From the NCBI GenBank assembly GCA_038087875.1, contig JAXLNO010005099.1:1-64000 (forward strand): a stretch of DNA of 64,000 bases, read 5' to 3'. This DNA comes from Malacoraja senta. Its lineage: Eukaryota. The notes below the pieces were generated by a model. The model was given only the letters and a program-made list of their open reading frames with translations, was not told where the DNA came from and did not search any database. The translations under genes were made by a program, and so were the position numbers. Below, one piece after another: positions 21,882 to 34,800 of this stretch (positions are counted from its first letter, which is position 1; every line of letters begins with the position of its first letter).

Positions 21882-22148
21882 TTTCCCCTGAGGTCACACT
21901 CGCTGCCCGCCCTGATGATCATTCAGTCCTGTACTGCACTGTGTTTGGATTTTACCCACCGGCCATCAATGTCAGCTGGTTGCAGAATGGTCAACATGTC
22001 TCTGAGACCAAATCTTCCGGGGTCATACCCAACAACGATGGAACATATCATCTAAATTCTGTCCTTGAGTATGATCCGTATGATGGGACACAGTATTCCT
22101 GTCATGTCGATCACAGCAGCCTGCCCGGTGGGAAGACCATCATCTGGG
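21882..22148 (+). pseudogene. Isolated MHC-type Ig C1-set exon (class I alpha3-like; class II beta2 or W-category not excluded), probably unspliceable
   Basis: Open 89-codon frame SPEVTLAARPDDHSVLYCTVFGFYPPAINVSWLQNG...IPNNDGTYH...YSCHVDHSSLPGGKTIIW. Phase-1 donor G|GTAAGA at 22148/22149. The expected phase-1 acceptor position reads TAA at 21879-21881. Confidence 0.8.
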
Positions 22149-22489
22149 GTAAGAACGTTAAATATTATTTCATAGATAATCATTATCTTCTGTTGTTTCC
22201 ATTTTAATCATTGTGACTACATCCCATATTCCAAGATGCTTAAACTTTCTTTGTTTACTGGTGTTGCTCTAAGCCATCACGTAATCAGCACCCACTCTCC
22301 GCATGAGCAGAAGACTTTGTCAACAGAACATTTATCAAAAATAAATAACTAACTAATATATAAGGAAGGGGTATTTGAGATTCTCAGTGGTGGAACTGAT
22401 ATCCATGAAAGGTATGTTTAAATAAAAAATGAATCTTTCCTCATGGTGTGATTAACAGCAAGGCACTGGGGGAGTACATGCCCCAATCT

Positions 22490-22930
22490 GAATCAATTGT
22501 CCGAAGTGGAAATGATTGAGAGCTTCGTGTTCCTTGGCATGATTATATCCAATATTCGGTCATGGACTGGCCACATAGCCAAGGGGGCACACCCACACCT
22601 CTACTTCCTCAAGAGACTGAGAATATTCATCATGTCTCTGGTGACTCCAGCAAACATCTATAGATGCTGTTAGAGCAAGCATGTTGTTGGGTTGCATCAC
22701 ATCTTGATTTGGGAACTGCACTGCCCAAGACTGCAAGAATATACAAAGAGTTAAAGATCATCACACAGGCCAGACTTCCCACTATTGATGGTTGCCTTGG
22801 AAAACGAGACTTATCGCACCCCGGTCATTCCTCCTTCCTGCTCCCATCAGGCAATAGGTACTGAAAGTTGAAAATAAGCACTGCCAGACTCAGGAACACC
22901 TCCTTTCCATCTCTTATCAGGCTTCAGAAG
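22490..22930 (+). mobile_element. Rex1/Babar-like LINE 3' ORF fragment
   Basis: Degenerate VESFxFLG...HxxLYFLKRLR...YRC...GCIT.W.GN...LPTI...PGHS motifs. Confidence 0.6.
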
Positions 22931-23194
22931 GGTCCTTCCATAATGTAGGTTTAATCTCGATTCACCTCAACCTCATTGCACATTGAACATTGTCTATGGA
23001 ACTGATGCGTTACAATGCTGAGAACTATATTCTGTACTCTGTATCCTCCTCTTTGCTCTATCTATTGTGTTTTAGTTTTTTATTTATCTATAGTAGTATC
23101 TAATTTGTTTGGATAGCATACAAAACAAACCTTTGCACCGTATCTTGAAACATCTGGCATTAATAAAACTAAACCTAATGAAGTAAGTTCTGTG

Positions 23195-23716
23195 ACCATA
23201 TAATAACCATATAACCATAACAGCACGGAAACAGGCCATCTCGGCCCTTCAAGTCCGTGCCGAACATTTTTTAAATTTTTTTTTTAAATTAAAAATAAAA
23301 TACTTCCCCCTAGTCCCGTCTACCTGCACTCAGACCACAACCCTCCATTCCTTTCCCGTCCATATACCCATCCAATCTATTTTTAAAGGATAACATCGTA
23401 CCTGCCTCCACCACTTCCACTGGAAGCTCATCCACACAGCTACCACTCTCTGAGTAAAGAAGTTCCCCCTAATGTTCCCCCTAAACTTCTGTCCCTTAAT
23501 TCTCAAGTCATGTGCCCTTGTTTGAATCTTCCCTACTCTCAATGGGAAAAGCTTATCCACGTCCACTCTGTCTAACCCGCTCATAATTTTAAAGACCTCT
23601 ATCAAGTCCCCTCTTAACCTTCTGCGCTCCAAAGAATAAAGACCTAACTTGTTCAACCTTTCTCTGTAACTTAGTTGCTGAAACCCAGGCAACATTCTAG
23701 TAAATCTCCTCTGTAC
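23195..23716 (-). mobile_element. CR1 3' end, second subfamily, (ATATGGTT)n tail
   Basis: Nearly the reverse complement of 56860-57365. Confidence 0.9.
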
Positions 23717-23721
23717 TTAAA

Positions 23722-24910
23722 TACCGACATCTGTGGAGTTTGCATGTTGTTCCTGTGACCATGTGGGTTTCCCCAGGTGCTCTGGTTTCCTCCCACATCC
23801 CCAAAACATGGTTTGGGGTTAGTTGTCCCCTGGATTGTGCATGATACAATGTGGGGAGAGCTGATGAGAATGTAGGACAAATGTAGGATTAGTGTACTTG
23901 AATAGTTGGTGCAGGTCAGTGGGACAAAGGCCATGTTTATATATTTCCATGACTCTTTATGATGTAGATGCTGACTATTTTTGAATTATAAGATTGGAAA
24001 AGACTGTGAGGGATGGTGCTAGAGTAACTCAGCAGGTCAGGCAACATATAGGTGACATTCTGGTTCGTGACTCTTCAGGCAAATTGCAATGGGTATTCCT
24101 CCGCATAAGTCTGATAGTAGTGCACAAATGCACCTCGACCACTGATTGCTCAACAAGTGCCCCAATGAGCTGAATTAAAGTATGTTTGGAGTAACATGCA
24201 GCAGTCCTTAAAATCTACCATTTCCCAAATCCCAAGAGAGCTGGATGATCAGGGATTTAGTGTAAATTCAGTCATCTATATCACTGGTTTCTTGCCTGTG
24301 ATCACACTGTTGTAAGATATATTCTGGTGATGAATTGCAGTTCACTTTCCTCCTGTGTAAAGGAGTTATTGTGTTGAATATAACAAGTGGAAGGGAAAGT
24401 CAGTGTAGGATTTAGAGTTTGTACATAATGCAGCATGGTAGTGCAGCTGGTAGAACTGCTGCCTCACAACGCCAGAGACCCAAATTCAATCTGGACCTCG
24501 GGTACTGTCTACGTGGAGTTTGCACGTTCTCCTTGTGACTATGTTGGCTTCCTCAGGGAGCTCCGGTTTCCTCCCATATCCAAAAGATGAGCAGGTGTGC
24601 GGGTAATCATCATCGGTTAGTCACCCTGATAGTGTAGGGGGTGGATGGGAAATCTATTATGAATGGGCGATTGCTGGTTAGTATGGATTTGGTGCCACAA
24701 ATGGCCTGTTTACACACTGTATCACTGTTTTCAAGAGAGAGTTAGATTTAGCTCTTAGGGCTAAAGGTATCAAGGGATATGGGGAAAAAGCCGGATCGGA
24801 GTACTAATTTTGGATGATCAGCCATGATTGTATTGAATGGCGGTGCTGGCTCCAAGGGCCGAATAGCCTATTCCTGCACATATTTTTTTATGTTTCTATC
24901 TTTCTATTAA
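23722..24910 (+). mobile_element. Two SINE copies (about 23722-23945 and 24425-24722) and a CR1 3'UTR (about 24725-24910)
   Basis: Match the SINE and CR1 sequences elsewhere in the window. The sequence between them is not assigned. Confidence 0.7.
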
Positions 24911-25825
24911 ACGAACTAAATTGGAAGACAGAAGGTATTGACTGATGCATCTTCACGCCAGCTGTAAACGTCATAAACTGTGAGAATTGATTGCAAATGT
25001 TATACAATATTATAAAATAAACTGGGTGATCAAAATGTCAAGATGGATGAAGAGCAGAGTTTTCATTGAAATAACAGACGTGCTGCTTTCTCGAGCACTT
25101 GGCCTTGGTTGTGTAATATTTCCTCTTCAAAATACAATGTTCCCTGGCATTGCTGGTCTGAGACACCATTAAGCAAGTATATTTCCTGAAACGGAGGTTC
25201 TGCTTTCATGGTATCAAGATGTCTAATAGCTCCAGCACCCAGATCAGAACCAAGCCATTTCTCACCTTGCCAAAACTAAGAATGTAGCAACAATTTAGTC
25301 ATTGAACATCAACGACATGCATATTTGAACTGAGGCAATGGTTAGCTTATTATCACTGTAAACCAGTCGTGGTCATGGGTCTGCCATTGTGGTCACTATT
25401 AGTGAGGGTGATTAACTATCATTTAGCAGTGAAACGGAAAAGAATTGGCTTTTCAAGCCCACGGAGCCATAGAGTCATACGGCATGGAAATGGGCCCTTT
25501 GCCTCAACTTGGCCATGCCAACCAAGATGCCATGTTCAAACTACAATTTACCTGCGATTGGCCCATATCTGACTGAACCTTTCCTATCTACAGTATGTAC
25601 CTTTCCAAGTGTGTTCTAAAATGTTTTTTAATACCTGCCTCAACTCCTTCCCCTGGAATGCTCTTCCATATTTCCACTTCCTCTGGTTCCGAGTAACTCG
25701 TTTCCTTCTCACCTTAAACCTGTCCTCTGGTTCTTGATTACACAAGGCTGGTTAAAAGATTCTGTGCATTCAATCTATCTATGCTCCTTGATTTTGTAAA
25801 CTTCTATAAGATCACCCCTCAGCCT

Positions 25826-28800
25826 CCAAAAAACAAAAACAAAAATAAAACATAAAAAACAGAGCAAAAAGAATAATGATAAACATAACAATGGTATTGA
25901 TACATAGGGACCAGGATTAAACACATTAATAACAGGTATAACCTAATATGAGACCAGTGTCAAAATACACAATGAATATAGACCTCCCGGTCTCTATGTA
26001 AATATAGTTAAATCTTTAAAAGGAAACATAAATGTAAAAAAAAGCAAAGATAAAAAGACAAAAAGCAAAGCAGAGCAAAACCGAATCTGAACTGAGAAAT
26101 TCAACAATTTAAGTCTGTTTGTAGTCAAGTCCGTTCCACCCTATGAAGGTAAAAATTTTTTTATAAAGGTTAAAGAGGGAACAATTTATGTTGTATGAAA
26201 GTGTTCAATAAATTTTCCCCAAGTCTTATCAAATTTAACCAAGGGTTCAACAATGTCACTTCTGATTTTTTCTAAATTTAAACATGATCTTTTGACATAT
26301 GAGCTCTGTGGACCACCTTGAATTGTATCAAAGCGTGTCTTGCACACATTGAAGATGTATTAACTAATTGAAGGATCCTCTCCCATTTCTCTATAGATAA
26401 AGACATTTGGAGTTCTCTTTCCCAGTCATTCTTAATTTTATCAAATGTATCTATTTGCAATTTTAAAATCAATCATGAATAGTCGTTATTAATCCTTTCT
26501 GATAAGGGTTCAACTGTAAAAAAAATCGAAAATTTCGGGTTGATGTGGTAGCGGAAAAAGGGGTAGTTCCTTTCGTCTAATTTGTAAATATCTAAAAAAG
26601 TGTGAATTAGGTAAGTTATATGTATTGGACAGTTGTTCGAAAGACATAAAACAACCCTCCAAAAACAAATCACGAAAAGCTACTAATCCCTTCCTCTTCC
26701 ATAACAAAAAAACTTGATCAGTACTAGATGGTTGGAAGAGAAATTTGGATAAAATCCGATAGTCCAAAAAACTTATGAAATTGAAACCGTATTCGGAACG
26801 TATGTCTTATTATTGGGTTCGTCATATATTTATTCAATCTCGTAATTGTAAAAGGTAACGAGGTCCCGAGAATAGAAGCCAATTATAGCCCTTGTAAGGA
26901 ATCACGTTCTAGGTTTATCCATCCAGGGCATTGGGTATCTTCTAAATCTTTTGTCCAAAATGTTAAATAACGAACATTGACTGCCCAATAGTATAGTTTA
27001 AGGTTCGGCAATGCCAAACCACCAACTTTTTTTGATTTCTGTAGGTATTTTTTACCTAGGCTGGGATTTTTATTCTGCCATATATATGAAGACATTTTAG
27101 AGTCTATAATATCAAAGAAAGATTTGGCAATAAAAATTGGTATCGTCTGAAATAAATACAGAAATTTAGGTAAAATGAACATTTTAATAGCATTGATTCG
27201 GCCAATTAAGGATAAGGACATTGGTGACCATTTAGTGAACTGATGTTTAATATGGTCAATTAAAGGAATAAAATTAGCTTTAAATAAATCCTTGTGTTTC
27301 TTTGTGATCTTAATACCTAAATAAGTAAAACTTTCGGCAGTCAATCTAAATGGAAACTGTCCATAACTCGAAACAAAATTATTTAATGGGAAAGCTCACT
27401 CTTACTAAGATTTAGTTTATAACCAGAAAAATTACTGAATTGATTAAGTAATGCTACTATTGCCGGAATAGATTTCTCAGGGTTAGAAATAAATAATAAC
27501 AGATCATCTGCATAAAGAGATCGCTTATGTGTCTTATTCCCGCGGACAATACCAAAAATATTAGGGGATTCCCAAATAGCAGTGGCTAAAGTTTCCAAAG
27601 CAATATCAAATAGTAAAGGACTTAAGGGACAGCCCTGTCTAGTACCTTGAAAGAGCCTGAAAAAAGGGGATCTCTGAATATTAGTAAATACAGAAGCCTG
27701 AGGTATAAGATATATCAGTTTGATCCAAGAGATAAATTTTGGACCAATCTTAACTTTTTAAAGTATATTGAATAAGTATTCCATTCTACTCTATCAATAG
27801 CCTTCTCGGCATCAAGTGAGATGACACATTCTGGGGTTTTATTAGACGCTGTATATACAATATTTATTAATCTCCTAACATTAAAGAATGAGTAACGATT
27901 TTTAATAAAACCTGTCTGATCTTCAGAGATAATTTGCGGTAAAATATTTTCCAATCTCATAGCTAATATTTTGGAAAGAATTTTAAAATCTACATTTAAC
28001 GTTGATATAGGTCTATATGATGTTACTTCAGTAGGGTCTTTATCTTTTTTTAAAATTAAAGAAATAGATGCTTCATAAAAAGATTGTGGTAATCTATTCC
28101 TTAAAAAGGCTTCTTTAAATACCTTGCATAGCCATGGAGACAATAAATCTGAGAAATACTTTAAAAATTCTTCTGTAAACCCATCTCAACCGGGAGCTAT
28201 ACCAGAATTCATTGAACAAATTGCTTTCTGTATTTCATCTTCCGTGATGGGTTCATCTAACAACAGAGACTCATTGTATGGTAAATTTGGTAAGTTCAGT
28301 TTCTTTAAAAACTCATGCATTATATTAGCATCAGTAGGAAAATCTGATTGGTATAGGGAGGTATAAAATTCCTGAAAGGATTTTTTAATTTCGTCATTGT
28401 CTACAGTTACTGTACCATCCCGTTTACTCACTTTAGTAATCTGACGCTTGGCCAACACTGCTTCAATTGATTAGCAAGTAATTTACCAGATTTTTAGCCA
28501 TTTATATAAAATTTACTTTTGGTTTTAAGCAACTGGTTCTCAATCGGTGATACTAATAACAAATCATATCTCAATTGAAGTTCAACTCTATTCTTATAGA
28601 GCTCTAAATTAGGAGCTTTTGAATTTTTTTAATCAATTTTTTAAATCTCGTCAGCCAATGTGCGTATTTCTTTTTGTGTTTGTTTTTTTAATCCCGCGGA
28701 GTATGAAATAATTTGTCCACGAATATATGCCTTAAAAGCATCCCAAACTATACCATTGGATATCTCTTCATTAGAGTTTGTCAAGAAGTAAAAATCAATC

Positions 28801-29520
28801 TGATCTTTCATAAACTTAATAATAAAGTTTAAGTCTTGAAGCAAAGTAGCATTAAATCGCCATTGTTTAGCACTAAACTTGGAATCTGGTAGTTTGATCA
28901 ATAGTTTCACTGGTGCATGATCAGGAATAGCAATTGTATCATACTCACATGCAATGACCGATGGAACTAGCCGAGAATCTATTATGAAGTAGTCAATCCT
29001 AGAATAACTATGAGATACATGAGAGAAAAATGAAAATTCTTTGTCATTTGCGTGTAAGAATCTCAAAATTTCTAACATTCCCGAGTCAAGTAAAAAACAA
29101 TTAATAAAATTAGCTGATTTATTTGGAAGCACATGATCAGATGTAGACCTATCAATCGAGGGATTCAAACAGCAATTGAAGTCTCCACCCATTATCAAAA
29201 TGTGTTCATTTAAATTAGGAAAGGATGCAATTAACTGTTTAAAAAACTCAGGGTGATCAATATTTGGTGCATAGACATTCACCATAGCGACCTTTTGCCT
29301 ATAAAGGACACCGGTAATCACCAAGAATCTGCCATATGGATCAGAAATTGTTTCATGGTGAACAAACGGAATTGAGGGGTCAATAAAAATAGAGACTCCT
29401 TTCACCTTAGCCTGTGAATTTGAATGAAACTGCTGTCCTCTCCAAAACTTGAAAAATCGTGACTTGTCATCTTGCCTTACATGAGTTTCTTGAACAAAGG
29501 TAATCTGATAGGATAATCTG
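25826..29520 (-). mobile_element. 5'-truncated, degenerate L1-clade LINE (ORF2)
   Basis: APE (QETH, GGDFN, SRIDYF, PDH), RT (YRPIS, QTGF, SLDAEKA, LYADD) and C-terminal fragments across many frames. Confidence 0.9.
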
Positions 29521-30464
29521 ATGGCCTGATAGGATGAATGGTCTCCATCAGCACAGTAAACATTTAAATGATCCATTGATTTGTATTCATCATCGTATAT
29601 CAAATAAACTTAGGGATACGGAAGGAGAAATATTTTGGCCTGTTTATATGTGGCAAAATAACCCACCCCAGAACAATAAATAGTAGTGAATTTACACCTA
29701 ATATTACCTGTCACTGAAGAAGAGTGCAGAGGTTCTCAAATTCATTTAAGAAATCGTATTAAGGCGACTGTATAGAAAATGGTGGGTGTTGCTTGGCTGC
29801 AAGATGGGGGTAGTATTGTAGTGGTAGTGATGAGGTGTTCTGATGGCAGTGATCATAATTTAGCATGATTAAAGTAGCAATGTACACTAGGAATGCAGGT
29901 TCGCAGCTGAGGTGAAAACATTTCCAAGACTGCAACATAATTTAACAGAAATGTAATACAAAATGTAATAAAATAGGGCAATTAAATGGTAACAGTTAAC
30001 AGATCTCTGGGGATACTAGAAACTGCCGATATTTAATTGTTGAGCAAAACTGTTGGAGGAGCAGTGGGTCAGGGAACATCTGTGGGATGGAATGAACCAA
30101 CGACATTTCAGGCTGGAACTCTTGTTCAGACTGGTGACTTCAAAACGTTGTCAGTCGATTCCCACCACAGACGCTGCCTGACACAGTGAATTCTTCATGC
30201 ACTTTGTTTTTACACACCAGCTGGAAAGAGTCCAGAGAAGATTTACAAGGATATTTCATAGTGGCATTTGAAGTCTTTAGAAAGGCATAGATATGCAGGG
30301 AAAGGATGGATATGGAACATGTGTTGGTGGAGGAGATTAGTTCAACTTGGCATCACGTTCGGAACAGAAGGTGTGGGCCCAAGGGCCTGTTCCTATGCTG
30401 AACTGTTCTGCAAGTCACTGAGTCTATGTTCAGGGAGGGTGAGGTTGAGAAGGCTCTGATTTCA

Positions 30465-31385
30465 ATAGACAATAGGTGCAGGAGTAGGCCATTCGATCCT
30501 TCGAGCCAGCACCGCCATTCAATGTGATCATGGCTGATCATCCCCAATCAGTACCCCGTTCCTGCCTTCTCCCCATATACCCTGACTCCGCTATTTTTAA
30601 GAGCCCTATCTAGCTCTCTCTTGAAAGCATCCAGCGCACCTGCCTCCACCGCCCTCTGAGGCAGAGAATTCCACAGACTCACCACTCTCTGTGAGAAAAA
30701 GTGTTTCCTCGTCTCCCTTCTAAATGGCTTACTCCATATTCTTAAACTGTGGCCCCTGGTTCTGGAACTGTGGCCCCTGGTTCTGGATTTCATTCCTTAG
30801 AGTGCAACAGGATGGGGTGATCTGAAAGGTTTACAAAATTATGTGAGCAATCAATCAGGTAAATGCGCATGAGTTTTTTGCCCACAATAGGGGACTCGAG
30901 AACCAGAGGATATAGATTTACGGTGAGAGGTGGGTGAGTGTGGAGATTTAATAGGAACCTGGGGATAACATTTTTACACAAATAGTGGTGGGTATATGGA
31001 ACGAGCTGCCAGAGGAGGTGGTTGAGACAGGTACTATCATAACAATAAACAGACAATTGGACAGGTACATGCATAGGATAGGTTGAGAGGGTTATGAGCC
31101 AAGCGTGGGGAGTTGGGACTAATGTAGATGGGGCATGCTGTGCCGAAAAGCCCGTTTCAACGCAGTGTGATTCGATGACTCAATCCCACTTTGGCACCTT
31201 ACATATCTTACTAGGGGCAATTTACAGGGGGCAATTAACCTATAAACCTGCACGAGTTTGGAATGTGGGTGGAGACCAGCGCCCGGAGAAAACTCACGTA
31301 CGACGTTCACACAGACAGCGTCCGTAGTCGGGATCAAACCCGTGTCTCTGACGCTGCGAGGCATCCGTTCGACTGCTGCGAATTT
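30465..31385. mobile_element. CR1 3' end (minus, to 30787, with a 21-bp tandem duplication at 30746-30787), CR1 3' end (plus, 30790-31190) and SINE (minus, 31195-31385)
   Basis: Match other copies. The duplicated unit is ACTGTGGCCCCTGGTTCTGGA. Confidence 0.75.
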
Positions 31386-32694
31386 TGTTTGTATTTTCTG
31401 ATTTAAATCAACGATTTTGGTATAGATATGAGTTCCATGTTTAGGAAATGTGTGAATGTCAGCGACGTTGTTTGCAGGTGTAGTATTAGGCAAGATGTAA
31501 ACTGCCTTAACACTCAATAACATTACCAAGCTAACTTCTCCTCCATCAATCTCCGTTCAAATAATAATTGAATCACCGTCTTTTTGACCAGACAGCAGGA
31601 CTCGCATGAACTTGGAAGCTATAGGTGCTTATGTCCTGGGAAGACGACTCATTTGGACTGGTGTTACGTTTGGCCACTGAATGGACGATTATAATCATTT
31701 TCCTCTGGACAGTGGAATCAACACCCTTTCGCTTTCCAAGCGGGCAATTAGTGCTGTTCTCCCTTTGAAATCTACCGTGTAAAAATAGCACCTGCAGATC
31801 GAGATCCAAATTGACCGCCATTCTGATTTGGAAATATGTCGCTGATCCTCAGTATTGCAAATGCCGAAACGCCCCACGCCGACAGAATATTGTACTGGCG
31901 CCAGGAGGTCTTCAGCTGTGGAAAAAAGGATGGCTCTTCACCACGTCGTCAAAGGCAAAAAGGAAATTTTAATAAAACCTTGCTAAACACTGGGTGCTGC
32001 AATCGATAGATACAACGTATTGGTTTATTATTGACACGGGTAACTAGATACAGTGAAAAAATCTTTGCGTGGTATTTAGCCAAATCATACTATGCATGAA
32101 TACAATTAAACCATACATAAGTAATGTAAATATTTTAAAAATACCAGCGTGCAGAATATAGTGTTACAGCGTTCTGACGCTGCGCTTACAGCTAATGTGC
32201 AGATAAAATAAATGTACAAGTGTACATTGCCTAACGTAGACGGGCTCGGCGATTTGCAACGATGCATAAAAGGCTTCTATGAAAGATGATCCCCCCCCCC
32301 CCGGTTGTATGAAGCTGATATAGGGATGCGATGGATGAATTCATGATGGGACTGAGAGAGGGAGCTGTGTGGTGAGAAGTTTCGTGCATTTTAGTGAGTT
32401 AGTCTCTGTGCTACGTCAGGATGATAATATTTCGATTTAGTGACATCACAAAGAAATACGGATAGTAATTGACAATATTAAAAGCTGTTCCATGGAGACG
32501 TCGCATAGAACATGACGAATAGCATTTACAAGATATGAACAAAGAACAACCTATCGGAGGAACTCTGTGGATCAGGCAGCATCTGTGCTGGGAGGGACAG
32601 ATTAAGTTTCGTGTCGAAACCCTTGGCTTCCTTCAGAAATGTGGGTTTTTTTGCTCAAGATTCAAGCTTCGGCAACCTCTTGTGCCTCCATTTG

Positions 32695-33005
32695 CAAGAC
32701 ATATTGAATAATGAAAGGACTGGATAGAGTGTATGTGGAGGGAAAGTTTCCACTATTGGGAAAGTGGAAACATTGTGGAATTGGGTGCTACAGAAGGCTG
32801 TGGAGGCCATGTCAATAGATATTTTTTCAGGTGGAGATGGATAAATTCTTGATTAGTGCGGGTGTCAGTGGTTAAGGGGAGAAGGCAGGAGAATGGGGTA
32901 AAGAATGAAAGATAGATCGGCCATTATTGAATGGAAGAGGAGTCATGATGGGCGGAATGGCCTAATTGTGCTCCTACAATTTGTCATTTTATGAACTTAT
33001 GAAGA
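32695..33005 (+). mobile_element. CR1 3' fragment
   Basis: Matches the CR1 3'UTR. Confidence 0.7.
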
Positions 33006-34322
33006 CTGGTTGTTTTACGTGCCTTGGCTTCTTTAGGTTAGTTGATAAATACTTCAGAGATGCTTTCGTGGAGTTGCTCTTGTTCGAAACACAAACGGCA
33101 TGCCATTTATGCTCTGTCCAAACATGTTTTAATGTGCGACAACCGGTAAATTGATTTAGATAATAGATTATGAAAAAACGCTAGGTGATCTCTGGTCCGA
33201 GGTTAGAACTAATTTATTCAATAAGGTAAAAGGATATTTCAGCGTATTCGTCAATGATTCTCTGAACTTTGCCTGAGCCACCGCATAAATAAATGTGTTT
33301 GTGCACGAACTCAGGCACTGCAGCATATACCCAGTGTGCTCCATAATGGCGAAAGGATCGTTGTAATCTGTGAGCATGAACTCAACGCCTGTAAATTGTG
33401 TGCATATGTAATGTACAAATGTTACCATCCATAGCAGTATAAAACAGCTTGAGATGGAGAGCAGTAAAATGATCGATTTTTTGCGGTTTACAATCTCCAG
33501 ATCAGTGCAACCCTTGCTTTTCCCGTCCCCCCCCGGAGTCCCTTCCTTATCCGACTAGCCTGTAAAATATGACTGGTGGTCAGGGCATTAAGCAGCACAA
33601 TCAAAAGGAAAGGTATAAACGGTGTTAAGGTGATGTCGAAGAAGAAGTATGCAACCCATATTAGTAAACTGGAGAGGCTTCACTTTGCAGAACCATGGCA
33701 CGTTGTCAATGATCTCCTGGTGCTCGTTTTCAAAATAAATTGGGATATTTTCTACAAAGCTTAATCGAGACACTGCCACAATAACTATGACGGTAGTTCT
33801 TTCGGTGCAATATTTTAATCTCAACTTCTAACAACAAATGGCGATGTATCGGTCAAATGTGAAGGCAACGGTTAGCCAGATCGAACAGTCAATGGCTGCG
33901 AACACCAGGGCAATTTTAAGGCAGCAAACGGGAGTATAATGCAAGAAGGAAAGCGGAAAATACATGTCATTACTCTCATATAATACTACATCAAATATTA
34001 TCACCAGTAGGTCTGCAACAGCCATGGGAACCATGTAACGTGTGATGCATTTGGAAAGACCACAGTTCCCACGATATAGAATCACAATCGCCATAAGATT
34101 ACCTGCAAGAATATAAAGTTGCGCAGTCATAGAGTATAACCGCTTTGGACAAAACGTTACTTGGCGATTAACTCCAAATATTTCATAAATAAAACACAAC
34201 GCGTTGGAGTAACTCGGCGGATAAGGTCTCGACCCGAAACGTCACCCATTCCTTCTCTCCATGATACCTGTCCCGCTGAATTACTCCAGCTTTTTGTGTA
34301 TATCTTCGTTTTAAACCAGCAC

Positions 34323-34800
34323 NNNNNNNNNNNNNNNNNNNNNNNNNNNNNNNNNNNNNNNNNNNNNNNNNNNNNNNNNNNNNNNNNNNNNNNNNNNNNN
34401 NNNNNNNNNNNNNNNNNNNNNNNNNNNNNNNNNNNNNNNNNNNNNNNNNNNNNNNNNNNNNNNNNNNNNNNNNNNNNNNNNNNNNNNNNNNNNNNNNNNN
34501 NNNNNNNNNNNNNNNNNNNNNNNNNNNNNNNNNNNNNNNNNNNNNNNNNNNNNNNNNNNNNNNNNNNNNNNNNNNNNNNNNNNNNNNNNNNNNNNNNNNN
34601 NNNNNNNNNNNNNNNNNNNNNNNNNNNNNNNNNNNNNNNNNNNNNNNNNNNNNNNNNNNNNNNNNNNNNNNNNNNNNNNNNNNNNNNNNNNNNNNNNNNN
34701 NNNNNNNNNNNNNNNNNNNNNNNNNNNNNNNNNNNNNNNNNNNNNNNNNNNNNNNNNNNNNNNNNNNNNNNNNNNNNNNNNNNNNNNNNNNNNNNNNNNN
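34323..34800. other. Assembly gap (478 N)
   Basis: Run of N. Confidence 1.

Noticed and set aside
22388-22411. 24-nt mini-exon (cag|TGGTGG...AAAG|gtatgt) downstream of the C1 exon
   Set aside because: Phase-compatible with a good donor, but too short to distinguish from chance without transcripts.
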